Shown: one piece after another, positions 1 to 9,131 of the stretch
Numbering within the stretch: the first letter of the stretch is position 1
How the letters are laid out: every line of letters starts with the position of its first letter
DNA from: a virus
Lineage: Duplodnaviria; Caudoviricetes
Length of the DNA: 62,118 nt
Virus record (IMG/VR): IMGVR_UViG_3300031902_000007
Location: 1-62,118 of that record
Strand: one strand, 5' to 3'
Program-made: the position numbers and the translations under genes
Notes under the pieces: generated by a model
What the model saw: the letters and a program-made list of their open reading frames with translations, nothing else
The model's database searches: none
Told to the model about the DNA's origin: nothing

Positions 1-250
1 GTACCTGAGCGGCGCGAACCTGAGCGGCGCGTACCTGAGCGGCGCGAACCTGAGCGGCGCGGACCTGGGCGGCGCGAACCTGGGCGGCGCGAACCTGAGC
101 GGCGCGTACCTGAGCGGCGCGGACCTGGGCGGCGCGAACCTGAGCGGCGCGAACCTGAGCGGCGCGGACCTGGGCGGCGCGAACCTGGGCGGCGCGAACC
201 TGAGCGGCGCGAACCTGAGCGGCGCGTACCTGAGCGGCGCGGACCTGGGC
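1..250 (+). repeat. 15-bp tandem repeat (GCG-NAC-CTG-RGC-GGC) encoding pentapeptides
   Basis: Directly visible tandem units. Confidence 0.95.
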
Positions 251-490
251 GGACAATGGATCATCCAAGGTGCCACACGCAGCGATGGGTACGCATTCTT
301 TCTTCAGAAGCTGACTGGAGACACTGAGCCGATGGTGAAGGCCGGATGCCGTCATTTTACTTTGGCCCAAGCTCAGTCCCATTGGGAATCAATGCGAGCT
401 GGGACGGCGTTGCTCGTTGAAACGCGGGCCATCGTTCGATGCATGGTTGATCTTGCGCATGCGCGCGGATTGATGGAAGTTTCAAAATGA
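2..490 (+). CDS. C-terminal part of pentapeptide-repeat protein (DUF5758-like C-terminal domain); N-terminal part at 61873..62118
   Basis: Frame from position 2 reads (A[NYD]L[SG]G)n then [16 protein letters not shown]...[17 protein letters not shown]..., TGA at 488-490 overlapping the next ATG; absent from the ORF track because the start is missing. Confidence 0.85.
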   Translation, partial: YLSGANLSGAYLSGANLSGADLGGANLGGANLSGAYLSGADLGGANLSGANLSGADLGGANLGGANLSGANLSGAYLSGADLGGQWIIQGATRSDGYAFFLQKLTGDTEPMVKAGCRHFTLAQAQSHWESMRAGTALLVETRAIVRCMVDLAHARGLMEVSK

Positions 491-702
491 AGGAAGTGAA
501 GAGCAGCAACATCCACGCGGTCGGCTGGACACCCGAGCACGGTCTCAAGATCACGTTCAAGGGCAAGGACGGCAAGCCGAGCGGGACGTATCACTATCCC
601 GACGCACCGGAGAGTATCCACACCGAGCTGATGGCGGCCGACAGCCACGGCAAGCACTTCCTGGCGCACATCCGCAACAGCTACAAGGGCGTGAAGCAAT
701 GA
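487..702 (+). CDS. KTSC domain protein
   Basis: [11 protein letters not shown]...LKITF...YHYPDAP...[11 protein letters not shown]...IR pattern. Confidence 0.85.
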   Translation: MKEVKSSNIHAVGWTPEHGLKITFKGKDGKPSGTYHYPDAPESIHTELMAADSHGKHFLAHIRNSYKGVKQ

Positions 703-926
703 GCGATACCAGTCCTCTCGCATTCCCGCTTCAAGGGCAAGACGCCCCGGTGTCCTACGGCATGTTGCTCCGCGACTGGTTCGCGGGGCAGGCGCTGGCC
801 GGCATAGCATCAGCCATGAAGGCAGAGCGGTTTGACCTGATCTTGAGCGGTGTGCAGGCCGGCGGGCTGGAGGCTCATGTTGCCTATTGCCTCGCCGACG
901 CGATGCTGAAGGAGCGCGAGAAGTGA
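699..926 (+). CDS. Hypothetical phage protein
   Basis: GMLLRDWFAGQALAG...AYCLADAML motif common in phage early genes; ATGA overlaps. Confidence 0.75.
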   Translation: MSDTSPLAFPLQGQDAPVSYGMLLRDWFAGQALAGIASAMKAERFDLILSGVQAGGLEAHVAYCLADAMLKEREK

Positions 927-1123
927 GGACCGTCCTGATCTGCTCGCGGTGCGGCTGCGGGTTCGGCGACATCCGAGTAAACGGCGTTCCGCATGACGGT
1001 CCGCTCTGGCAATGGCCGGGCGGCAACCAATTCGGCCCGCGATGCGGCGGGATCATCGAAGCAATCATATTCACAGGAGAGACGAATGGCCGTGAGCCCC
1101 GACAACAGCGCCTTGATTCCTAA
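923..1123 (+). CDS. Small Cys-containing hypothetical protein
   Basis: GTG start overlapping upstream TGA; CSRCGC motif. Confidence 0.45.
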   Translation: MRTVLICSRCGCGFGDIRVNGVPHDGPLWQWPGGNQFGPRCGGIIEAIIFTGETNGREPRQQRLDS

Positions 1124-2114
1124 CTACACGTACTGGCGCGACGCCCTCGCCGGCAAGAAGCCGAAAATGTTCGTGGATTCTCCCGAGCTGGGTTTCTACC
1201 GCAAGGGCGTGTACGTCAAGGAACCGAACGTCCGCAGCAAGCGCGTCGGCTGGACGCCGGTCGCGATCTTTCTCAACGCCAACAAGGCGCTGTGTGCGAT
1301 TATCGGGCCGAACGGAAGCGACAAGATTCTGACCGACCGGGACCAGATCAACGAGTTGTGGAGCTTCGTTGCCGCCAACCCGATCAGCGAGGAGACCTAT
1401 CGCGCGGTCGCGGAGCGCGGCGAGGGCTGGCCGGACAGCCACGACGCGGCGCCGGCCCTGCCGGATGAACCGCAGCCCGCCGCGGACCAATCCCCAGCCG
1501 AGAAGATCGCCGCAGCCCTGAAGGCCGACAAGGCGCTGGCCGTGGCCTACAAGGCGATCGACAGCGACGAACTCGCGAGCAAGGCGCGGAGCCTGCAGAA
1601 CAAGTTCCTTGAGCACCGCGGCGCGGCCGGGAAGGCATACGATGCGGCGAACCGGCCGTTGCTGGACGAGCAGAAGGCCTTGCGGGAAATCTGGTTCCCG
1701 ATCCGGGACGACGCCGACGCCGAGATCAAGGCGCTCGCCGCCGCCATGGGTCGCTGGGAGGACACCAAGCGTGCAGCCGCCAAGCTCGCCCAGGAGGCCG
1801 CCGACAAGGCCGCGCGCGAGCATGCCGAGGCCGTCCGCAAGGCCGAGGAGGCGAACAAGCCCGCCCCGCCGCCGCCCGCCGAGGTCAAGCCGAACACGCC
1901 CGCGCCGTCGGCGCAGATCAGGGGCGGTGCCGGCCGCGCCGCTTCCGTCTCCCTGCAGAAGTTCGTCACCGAGATCGACGCGGCGAAGGTGTTCGAATCG
2001 TTCAAGACGAATGCCGAGGTGATCGAACTCCTGACCGCGCTGGCGCAGAAGGCGATCCGCGCCGGCCTCGACGTGCCGGGCGCGAAATTCGAAGAGCGAT
2101 CTGTCGTTCGGTAA
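1086..2114 (+). CDS. Hypothetical protein with coiled-coil C-terminal half (recombination module)
   Basis: AGGAGA RBS before ATG 1086; sits directly upstream of RecT/Bet. Confidence 0.75.
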   Translation: MAVSPDNSALIPNYTYWRDALAGKKPKMFVDSPELGFYRKGVYVKEPNVRSKRVGWTPVAIFLNANKALCAIIGPNGSDKILTDRDQINELWSFVAANPISEETYRAVAERGEGWPDSHDAAPALPDEPQPAADQSPAEKIAAALKADKALAVAYKAIDSDELASKARSLQNKFLEHRGAAGKAYDAANRPLLDEQKALREIWFPIRDDADAEIKALAAAMGRWEDTKRAAAKLAQEAADKAAREHAEAVRKAEEANKPAPPPPAEVKPNTPAPSAQIRGGAGRAASVSLQKFVTEIDAAKVFESFKTNAEVIELLTALAQKAIRAGLDVPGAKFEERSVVR

Positions 2115-2123
2115 ATTCTACGG

Positions 2124-2152
2124 TTGACATTAACCGGCGGCGCACTCACGAT
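2124..2152 (+). promoter_or_regulatory. Putative sigma70-type promoter for recombination genes
   Basis: TTGACA (2124-2129), 17 bp spacer, CACGAT; GGAGGA RBS downstream. Confidence 0.5.
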
Positions 2153-2172
2153 GCGCCGTCTCGGAGGAAAAC

Positions 2173-3096
2173 ATGAACGCAATCGCCAAGATCGAAAAGC
2201 CGCAGCTCCTGCAGAGCATGGCTGACAAGTACCAGCTCGAGCCGGACCAGTTCGCCAAGACCGTCCGCGCAACGTGCGGAATGCCAACGGCGACCGCAGA
2301 GCAGTTCGCCGCATTCCTGATTGTGGCGAAGACATACAATTTGAACCCCGTGTTGCGTGAGATTTGGGCGTTCCCGTCGCGGGCCGGCGGGATCGTGCCG
2401 ATCGTGTCAATCGACGGGTGGGCCAATCTTGTGAACTCGCACCCGCAGTGCGACGGTTTCGAGTTCGAAACGGTTCATGACGGCGAGGACATGGGCATCA
2501 CCTGCAAACTGTTTCGGAAGGACCGCAGTCATCCTGTGTCGGTCACCGAATGGCTATCGGAGTGCGCGCGGCCTACTGACCCATGGAAAACGATGAGGCG
2601 CCGGATGCTGCGGCACAAAGCATTCATCCAGGCTGCGCGGCTCGCGTTCGGGCTTGCCGGGATCTACGACGAGGACGAAGGCCGGGTGATTGCCGAGGCT
2701 CCGGCACGCGACGTGACGTCGCTGCGCGTGCCGAGCCCTTCCGAGGTCGAGGTGATTGAGACGGTCGAGACCGATCACGGCACCGACAAGTACAAGCCCG
2801 GCGACGTCGTCGACATGAACCCGCCGGCCGCCGATCCCGAACCGCCGAAGGACGAGCCCAAGGCCGAGCCGGCCAAGCCGAAACTGAAGTGGCCCGATCT
2901 CAAGACCGGCTACGAGAAATGGATCACGCTTTGCTTCAAGCGGATCAACGAGCACATGGACGGCGGCGAACTCGAAACGTTCTTCGTGCAGGAGATCCAG
3001 CCGACGCTCGACAAGCTGATGCCGCCTGACCGTGATGACGTGATCGCGGCGTATGACCGCCGGCAGAAGGCATTGAAGGAGGAAGGCGATGAGTAA
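2173..3096 (+). CDS. bet: Single-strand annealing recombinase, RecT/Bet family
   Basis: FLIVAKTYNLNPVLREIWAFP...IVPIVSIDGW...PWKTMRRRMLRHKAFIQAARLAFG motifs. Confidence 0.92.
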   Translation: MNAIAKIEKPQLLQSMADKYQLEPDQFAKTVRATCGMPTATAEQFAAFLIVAKTYNLNPVLREIWAFPSRAGGIVPIVSIDGWANLVNSHPQCDGFEFETVHDGEDMGITCKLFRKDRSHPVSVTEWLSECARPTDPWKTMRRRMLRHKAFIQAARLAFGLAGIYDEDEGRVIAEAPARDVTSLRVPSPSEVEVIETVETDHGTDKYKPGDVVDMNPPAADPEPPKDEPKAEPAKPKLKWPDLKTGYEKWITLCFKRINEHMDGGELETFFVQEIQPTLDKLMPPDRDDVIAAYDRRQKALKEEGDE

Positions 3097-3703
3097 GCGC
3101 GTCCTGTTCTTCGATACCGAGACGACGGGCTTCTTTGATGATCGTCTCCCGGTCGACCACGAGGCCCAGCCCTACCTCGTGCAGCTTGCGGCCATGCTAT
3201 GCGAGGATAACGGCGACGTGATTTCGTCGTTTTCCTTCATTGTTTCCTATCCCTACCCGGCCATGGAGATCCCCGAGAAGGCAGCGGCGGTGCACGGCAT
3301 CACCACCGAGAAGGCGGTTCAATTCGGCGTCTCTGCCGAGTTCGCGCTCGGTGCGTTTGCCCATCTGTACACCCGCGCCAATATGGTCTGCGCCCACAAC
3401 ATCAAGTTCGACAAGGGCATTCTTGAAGTCGCGAGTGCGCGGCACTACGGCAAGACGGTGCCGATCAAGAAGCCTCTGTTCTGCACGATGGAGGCTGCCG
3501 CGTCGGTCGTGAACTTGCCGCCGACCGAGCGCATGATCGCCGCCGGCATCAACAAGCCGAAGGCTCCGAAGCTGGAGGAGTGCGTCAAGCATTTCTTCGG
3601 CGAGACGTTGGACGGCGCGCATGACGCGATGGTCGATGTGGTCGCATGCAAGCGCGTCTATTACCATCTCAAATCGCTTGAGGCCGCCAATGATCAATCG
3701 TGA
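3089..3703 (+). CDS. DEDDh 3'-5' exonuclease (DnaQ-like)
   Basis: FFDTETTG, AHNIKFD and AHDAMVDV motifs. Confidence 0.9.
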   Translation: MSKRVLFFDTETTGFFDDRLPVDHEAQPYLVQLAAMLCEDNGDVISSFSFIVSYPYPAMEIPEKAAAVHGITTEKAVQFGVSAEFALGAFAHLYTRANMVCAHNIKFDKGILEVASARHYGKTVPIKKPLFCTMEAAASVVNLPPTERMIAAGINKPKAPKLEECVKHFFGETLDGAHDAMVDVVACKRVYYHLKSLEAANDQS

Positions 3704-3866
3704 ACTGATCGACATCGCCGGCGAGGTGCGCGGAGAGAGCGAAAAGGCGTGGCGGATCTACGACGGCAAAACGACTGAATGGGTGCCGAAGTCGCAAGTC
3801 GAGAAGAACCCGGACGGTACCTTCACAATGCCGGAATGGCTGGCACAGGACAAAGGATTCATCTGA
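3690..3866 (+). CDS. Small hypothetical phage protein
   Basis: ESEKAW...WVPKSQVE...MPEWLA.DKG pattern; start inferred at 3690. Confidence 0.7.
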   Translation: MINRELIDIAGEVRGESEKAWRIYDGKTTEWVPKSQVEKNPDGTFTMPEWLAQDKGFI

Positions 3867-4168
3867 TGGACGATGGCAAGGTCGAGGGCATCGGCTTCAA
3901 GGGCAAGAAGAACATCTACACCTGCGAGGCCTGCAAGGGCCACGTTGTCACAGTCGACAAAGACCGAGGCGTCACCCCGTTCATGATCGAATGCAAGGCG
4001 ACAAACGGCTGCAGAGGCATGATGAAGTCGAGCATGTATCGCGTGTTCGATCAGGAGATGCGAGCCGACTACGAGTGGTATCGGCCGACGGCGCCAGAGG
4101 TCGTCAAACCGCGTCTGCAACATCACGTCGACCAAGGCGGCCTCCTGTTGCGCAAGGTCGGGCCGTGA
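3866..4168 (+). CDS. Putative zinc-binding hypothetical protein
   Basis: CEAC and CKATNGC motifs; TGATG coupling. Confidence 0.65.
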   Translation: MDDGKVEGIGFKGKKNIYTCEACKGHVVTVDKDRGVTPFMIECKATNGCRGMMKSSMYRVFDQEMRADYEWYRPTAPEVVKPRLQHHVDQGGLLLRKVGP

Positions 4169-4626
4169 CCGAGATTTTCCTCCGCAAGCGCCGCGCCAAG
4201 GACGGGGAGATAGGCCTCTTCCCCGAGGGCGCCGTGTTCGAGGAGGAGTGGCAGAGCATTGCGATCGGCGCCGAAGTTGATGCCAAGCTCTCGGTCCCGG
4301 TCAACGAGAAATACCGGAAGTTCTTCCACGCGCTGTGTGGCAAGCTCGCCGAGGCGGTGGAGCTCTTCGGCGGGTCGAAGGACTTCGCGAAGGAGCAACT
4401 GCTTCTGCAGTGCCGCCACGCGACATACCACCACGACAAGCTCCGCGGCAAGACGGAGATACGAGCCAAGACCACGGCAAACCTATCGTCGGACGAATGG
4501 ATTCGGCTGCTGAAGCGCGCGAACTACGTGGCCGTGAGCGAGTACCTTCCGGGCGTGCCAGAGGGCGTGCTCCGGGACGAGATCGAGAAGATGCTTGGAA
4601 CAAATGGACCTCTAACCTCGGATTAA
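4165..4626 (+). CDS. DUF1367/NinB-like recombination accessory protein
   Basis: GTG start; NEKYRKFFHAL...KTTANLSSDEW pattern; location in recombination module. Confidence 0.55.
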   Translation: MTEIFLRKRRAKDGEIGLFPEGAVFEEEWQSIAIGAEVDAKLSVPVNEKYRKFFHALCGKLAEAVELFGGSKDFAKEQLLLQCRHATYHHDKLRGKTEIRAKTTANLSSDEWIRLLKRANYVAVSEYLPGVPEGVLRDEIEKMLGTNGPLTSD

Positions 4627-4631
4627 CGGAC

Positions 4632-4847
4632 ATGTTCATTAAATTCAAACTTTTGTGGGCCTTGTTTTTTGGCGGGGTTCTATATGACGTGGTTGTCAGC
4701 AGCGTGGGATGGTTTCCAGAGCGCCCACTTTCCGTCAGGCTCTCGGAGGATATCCAAGTTGCGTTTTTCATCGTTGCCGCGTGGGTCGCATCGCTGATCA
4801 TTCTGAGGTTGGAAAAATCCTTTTCAACCTCAGGGGGAAGGCATTGA
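4632..4847 (+). CDS. Small two-TM membrane protein
   Basis: Two hydrophobic stretches; visibly lower GC than flanks. Confidence 0.5.
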   Translation: MFIKFKLLWALFFGGVLYDVVVSSVGWFPERPLSVRLSEDIQVAFFIVAAWVASLIILRLEKSFSTSGGRH

Positions 4848-4880
4848 CCTTTGTCATTCATCGCTAACAGGAGCCCCGTC

Positions 4881-5198
4881 ATGCAACGACCTGCCACACC
4901 GAAGAACGAGAAGCCCTCCGTCACGATCGCGAACCTCGTTCGGGAGAACGACAACCTCGCCGCCAGGATCGACGAGTTGTCGAAGATGAATATGGAGTCC
5001 GGCCGCGCCATGAACGAATGGCGGGACGAGGCCAAACGGGCCGATCGCGAGTTGGATCGACGGCAGGCGCTGATCGACGCATTGAGATATGAACTCGAAG
5101 CCGCCCAGGCCAAGATCGCAAAGCTCGAAAGCGTGCTCTGCGGCTACCGCCAGGCCATCGCCGACGTCCACGGACATCAGCACGAGATCGCGAAATGA
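4881..5198 (+). CDS. Coiled-coil hypothetical protein
   Basis: AGGAG RBS; heptad-rich sequence. Confidence 0.65.
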   Translation: MQRPATPKNEKPSVTIANLVRENDNLAARIDELSKMNMESGRAMNEWRDEAKRADRELDRRQALIDALRYELEAAQAKIAKLESVLCGYRQAIADVHGHQHEIAK

Positions 5199-5566
5199 GG
5201 AGCCGGGAGGAGGTGCGTCGGCTCAAGCGCGAGGAACGCGTATCGATGCGGGTTGAGGCCGCAAGGGTCTTGGTCGAGATCGCCACATGTCACGGGCTCG
5301 GCATCGACGTGTTGCGCGGCGCCCATCCCGGCCGCCCGCCCCAGATCGTGACCGCGGTGCGGAAAAAGTTCATTCTCCGGATGCGCGGTAAAGTGAGCAT
5401 GTCCACCATCGCCGATCTTTTGTTCTGCGACATCTCGACGGTGCAATATCACTCCTCAGAAAAATACCGCAAGAAGAAGGAATCGAACATTGCCCGTTAC
5501 ACCGCACGATCCGGAGCAGCGGCGGGAGAAGATCCAAGGCTTGATCGACCGCTACCGCCATGGTGA
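5195..5566 (+). CDS. HTH protein resembling the DnaA C-terminal DNA-binding domain
   Basis: IVTAVRKKFILRMR...SMSTIADLLFCDISTVQYH resembles the DnaA domain IV HTH. Confidence 0.55.
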   Translation: MRSREEVRRLKREERVSMRVEAARVLVEIATCHGLGIDVLRGAHPGRPPQIVTAVRKKFILRMRGKVSMSTIADLLFCDISTVQYHSSEKYRKKKESNIARYTARSGAAAGEDPRLDRPLPPW

Positions 5567-5699
5567 ATTCTCGGAGGCTGTGTTCACCGCATCGCTCAAG
5601 GCCGCCGGGATGAGGCCTGTCAACATCGGAGCGCTGGTCATCCGCAACCGATCAGCGTTCGTCAACTCCCTGCCCCACAAACGAGGAGAAGTTTCGTGA
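5490..5699 (+). CDS. Hypothetical protein
   Basis: ORF fills the gap; ends overlapping the next GTG. Confidence 0.5.
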   Translation: MPVTPHDPEQRREKIQGLIDRYRHGEFSEAVFTASLKAAGMRPVNIGALVIRNRSAFVNSLPHKRGEVS

Positions 5700-6187
5700 C
5701 AAACCATAGCATAACCAATGAGTTGAAATCCAAGCTCGACGATCTCCTGTTCATTGAGGATGAGCTCGAAGCCCTCAAGCTGGAGTTCGCACAGTCCCAG
5801 GCCACGATCCTCGACCTCGACAAGGACAACAACCGGCTCCGGGAGCAGCTCGAGCGCGCCCTGGTCGACCGGGACAAGCTGCAGGCCTTCGCGGTGAACC
5901 TGACGACGCGGCTGCAGGTGATCTCGGAGAACGTCGGCAGCGTGATCCGGGAATCGGGACGATCGGCGGTTGCCGAGGCCGGCAGGATCCGCGAGCAGCG
6001 GCAGGAGCGGCACAGGCTGACGGCAGAGCCCGCCCCAGCGCGTCGCGTGCGGCAGACGATATTTGACCATCCGCCGGCCGAGACTGACTTCGAACCGGCA
6101 CATCAGGATCCCACCGATTACGCGCCGGCGGCGCTGGTCGACCGGCTCCGGACCGGAACCCGGCCTCCCACCAACGAATATCGGTGA
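5696..6187 (+). CDS. Coiled-coil hypothetical protein
   Basis: GAGGAG RBS; long heptad region. Confidence 0.7.
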   Translation: MTNHSITNELKSKLDDLLFIEDELEALKLEFAQSQATILDLDKDNNRLREQLERALVDRDKLQAFAVNLTTRLQVISENVGSVIRESGRSAVAEAGRIREQRQERHRLTAEPAPARRVRQTIFDHPPAETDFEPAHQDPTDYAPAALVDRLRTGTRPPTNEYR

Positions 6188-6190
6188 TCC

Positions 6191-6373
6191 ATGGCCATTT
6201 TCCGTTGCAAATGCGGTGCTCTCAAAACCGGCCAGCCCTATCGGTCGAATACGACCTATCCCTGGGACTGTCCGAAGTGTGCGCCGGCCAAGCAATCGCG
6301 GGAATCGGCCGACGCCGCCAAGCGCGCCAACGGCGGCCGGTCCTACCCTTCCGCTCCGGAGAGGCGCGTGTGA
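6191..6373 (+). CDS. Small zinc-finger-like protein
   Basis: CKC and CPKC motifs. Confidence 0.55.
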   Translation: MAIFRCKCGALKTGQPYRSNTTYPWDCPKCAPAKQSRESADAAKRANGGRSYPSAPERRV

Positions 6374-6570
6374 CCGAGACGATGCTCTACCCGCGCAAGC
6401 GGCCGCGGATGTACACGAAGGAGCGAGACGCATATTTGCTGGCGAATCAAGGGGTTGACCCTGCGATCTTGGCGGATGTGCTGAAGCTTCACGTTCGATC
6501 GATCTACCGCTACCAGCGCCGGCTGGGGATTCGGCTCTGCACTTGGCACCATCACGGGACGGGAACATGA
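6370..6570 (+). CDS. Small HTH DNA-binding protein
   Basis: YTKERDAYL...PAILADVLKLHVRSIYRYQRRLGI. Confidence 0.55.
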   Translation: MTETMLYPRKRPRMYTKERDAYLLANQGVDPAILADVLKLHVRSIYRYQRRLGIRLCTWHHHGTGT

Positions 6571-6734
6571 CGCCGGAACAGGAACTTAACGCTGCGGCTG
6601 AGATGCTGAGGCAGATCAACCCGTTCGACGTGCTGACATTCGAACACGTCCGCGACATCGGCAACGGGATGTCAGCCCATATCATTTGGCCTGCCAGCAG
6701 TCCGCCGATCGACCTGCGCCGCCGGCGGCGCTGA
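6567..6734 (+). CDS. Hypothetical protein
   Basis: ATGA overlap with upstream gene. Confidence 0.5.
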   Translation: MTPEQELNAAAEMLRQINPFDVLTFEHVRDIGNGMSAHIIWPASSPPIDLRRRRR

Positions 6735-6810
6735 ACCACGACGGGCCACGGCCGGAACCGCAGCCGCGCAGGAAGCCGGCGAAGGTCTATCGCGTCGTTT
6801 GAATGAAGCT

Positions 6811-6853
6811 GTAACATTTCGTTACTTGCTCTTGTGCAAATTAATTGTACATT
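6811..6853 (+). promoter_or_regulatory. AT-rich putative promoter with short inverted repeats
   Basis: TTGCTC-16 bp-TACATT; GTAAC...GTTAC palindrome upstream; non-coding gap. Confidence 0.35.
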
Positions 6854-7021
6854 AGCGGCAAGAGAGTTGAGTCCGTCGAGGCGGCTGCGGACAAGCGCTG
6901 GTGCGGTTGGGGTTCGCCCCTCCAAATGGAAACAGACCTGCAAGCCCGCCTGCGGACCTCAACTCTCCCTCTACCACCGCCGCGGGATTGGCCCGCAGCA
7001 AGAGCCGAAGGGGCTAAAATC

Positions 7022-7333
7022 ATGACCACTCAAATTAGCGTTCAAGTCTCGCAGGGCAACGCCAGCGTGACCGACGAAGATCGCGAACGCGCTGAAGCCG
7101 CAGCGCTGAAGGTTCTCGGTGCCTTTGAGTGGCGCAAAGGACAGCAGATGCAAATCGAGGCCGAGGAAGCCTACGCGGCCTATCAGCGCCACATGAGCGA
7201 TGAAGACTATCTGCGCTCCCCGCGCGATACGATCCTCATCGCGGCGTGGGAAGCCGCGCAACATGCGGCGGATATCGCCCTCACCGAGGGCTGGTATAAT
7301 CCGAACGGCGCGCACTGCGAGATTAGCGCGTGA
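7022..7333 (+). CDS. Hypothetical protein
   Basis: AAGGGG before ATG 7022. Confidence 0.6.
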   Translation: MTTQISVQVSQGNASVTDEDRERAEAAALKVLGAFEWRKGQQMQIEAEEAYAAYQRHMSDEDYLRSPRDTILIAAWEAAQHAADIALTEGWYNPNGAHCEISA

Positions 7334-7731
7334 AACCCCTCTACGCCCTGCTGCGCGACCGCTGCGGCCTCTCGCTCCGGGAGGCCGCGGAGTTTCACGG
7401 CACATCGGAAAATTCCGTGATGTCGTGGTCGGCGGGACGCCGTAATCCGCCCGCCGGCATCATCGCCGAGCTGCGCGCGTTGTATGCGCAAATCGAGACT
7501 GCCGCCGCCGATCTGGTGACGCTGGCCCGCGAGGCCGGGCCTGAGGTCGAGATCGAGCTCGGCCTCGCCGCCGACGACGCCGAGGCGCGGTCGATCGGCT
7601 GGCCCTGCGTCGGCGCCCACGCCGCCGCGCTTGGGCTCGCCGCCGCGCGTCTGGACAACCAGGTGCGCATCGTTGCGCGCGGGACCACGCTGGCGACGGC
7701 AGCGGCGGCCGATCTCAACGATAGACGGTAG
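7330..7731 (+). CDS. XRE-type HTH transcriptional regulator
   Basis: LRDRCGLSLREAAEFHGTSENSVMSWSAGRRNPP. Confidence 0.75.
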   Translation: MKPLYALLRDRCGLSLREAAEFHGTSENSVMSWSAGRRNPPAGIIAELRALYAQIETAAADLVTLAREAGPEVEIELGLAADDAEARSIGWPCVGAHAAALGLAAARLDNQVRIVARGTTLATAAAADLNDRR

Positions 7732-7894
7732 ATTCCGGCCCGACAAAAAGGCGGAAATTATTCCCGAAAATATTCCGGCGCGTAGCAAAGACGGTGGGTT
7801 ACGGCGCGAAGGGCGCCTAACCCACCCTACGGCCGCGCCTGACAAAAAAGCCCGCCGCCCGTTCCGACGGCGTGTGGGAGATGCCGGAATAGTT

Positions 7895-7927
7895 GTAGAC
7901 ACTACGCGCTGGATGTGTAGTATCTAC
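7895..7927 (+). promoter_or_regulatory. Promoter overlapped by an 11-bp inverted repeat (operator-like)
   Basis: GTAGACACTAC-11 bp-GTAGTATCTAC (1 mismatch) containing TAGACA and TAGTAT hexamers. Confidence 0.55.
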
Positions 7928-7930
7928 GCG

Positions 7931-8410
7931 ATGAGCAAGACAGACCAGTTACGCGCGATGCGAGAGGCGAGGTTCGGCCGCAAGCCGAACGCGTTCGAGG
8001 ATGCAACGCGCGGACGTGACCCGGTCAACACAGGAGGCAGCCATGAATCCGAAGTAGCAAATCCTGCGTCTCACATTGTGCATGAGCCATTGAAGGTTGA
8101 ATCAGGCCGCAAGCGGAGATCGGCACCCGCCCCCCAAAGGCCCGGCGGGGAAATGCCCGGGCCAACCAATCCCGTAGCGAAAGAACCAGAGGCAAGCGGC
8201 CATAATCGTCGGGACGAAGCTTCGAGCCCCCGACACCGCGGTTCGAGTAGGCTAAGCGCCGGGCGGACGGCGCAGGACGCGGCCCCATCTTCGGATGGCG
8301 GTCGCGTCGCTATTCATGACTGCCCCGTGTGCGCCGCGCGCCGGATGGCTAGGGCTGCAGCACAGTTGAAGTGGCGCAAGGGCCGCCAAGCCGAGAAGCG
8401 GAGCAAGTGA
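7931..8410 (+). CDS. Hypothetical protein with disordered middle and C-terminal CPVC motif
   Basis: MSKTDQLRAMREA start; DCPVCAARR...KWRK end. Confidence 0.55.
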   Translation: MSKTDQLRAMREARFGRKPNAFEDATRGRDPVNTGGSHESEVANPASHIVHEPLKVESGRKRRSAPAPQRPGGEMPGPTNPVAKEPEASGHNRRDEASSPRHRGSSRLSAGRTAQDAAPSSDGGRVAIHDCPVCAARRMARAAAQLKWRKGRQAEKRSK

Positions 8411-9131
8411 CGAGTTTACGGTGCGCCTCGGCCGATCCCAGGGGCGGAGAAAGACAATGATCAACCACCCGAACCGGAGCAAGAAGACGACCGAGCCCGT
8501 GCTGACGATGACGTTAGGCGATATCCGCAGCAAGAGCCCGTGCCGGGAAGGATGGCTGAAGCTGATTCGCGCGGTCGGCGATGACCCCAAGACCGTCGTT
8601 TCGCTCGGCGACGTTGCGACGTCGAATGATGCGGCCGACGCTGCGTGGTGCTTCCGCTGTCTGGACTGGACCGATATCGCGGTGCGCCGCGCGGTGATCT
8701 CGGCTGCGGTTCTGCCGGCGGTCAAACGAGCTTCGCAGAACACGAAAGACGCTCGTGTGTTTGAGGCGATCAACATCATTGAGAAATGGTGTGCAGGTGA
8801 TGATACGGCCGATCTCAAAAATGCCAGCAAGATCGCCTACGCCGCCTACGCCGCCGCCTACGCCGCCGCCTACGCCGCCGCCGCCTCCGCCTACGCCGCC
8901 GCCGCCGCCGCCTCCGCCGCCGACGCCGCCTCCGCCGCCTCCGCCGCCGCCGCCGCCTACGCCTACGCCGCCGACGCCGCCTACGCCGCCGCCGCCGCCT
9001 CCGCCTACGCCGCCGCCGCCGCCGCCGCCGCCGCCTACGCCGACGCTCGCAAAGCAGAACGCGAGCAGCAGCGTCAGGACATCATCGCGGCGTTTCCGCC
9101 GATCGCGCTGGCCGAGAAGCGGAGCAAGTGA
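8390..9131 (+). repeat. 21-bp perfect direct repeat GCCGAGAAGCGGAGCAAGTGA at 8390-8410 and 9111-9131
   Basis: Identical copies; both ORFs end AEKRSK*. Confidence 0.9.
8457..9131 (+). CDS. Hypothetical protein with Ala/Tyr-rich low-complexity tract
   Basis: GGAGA RBS; (GCC)n/TAC tract at about 8835-9045. Confidence 0.75.
   Translation: MINHPNRSKKTTEPVLTMTLGDIRSKSPCREGWLKLIRAVGDDPKTVVSLGDVATSNDAADAAWCFRCLDWTDIAVRRAVISAAVLPAVKRASQNTKDARVFEAINIIEKWCAGDDTADLKNASKIAYAAYAAAYAAAYAAAASAYAAAAAASAADAASAASAAAAAYAYAADAAYAAAAASAYAAAAAAAAAYADARKAEREQQRQDIIAAFPPIALAEKRSK

Noticed and set aside
1-250. Regular repeats as a CRISPR array
   Set aside because: 15-bp in-frame tandem units with no unique spacers and no cas genes; they encode pentapeptides
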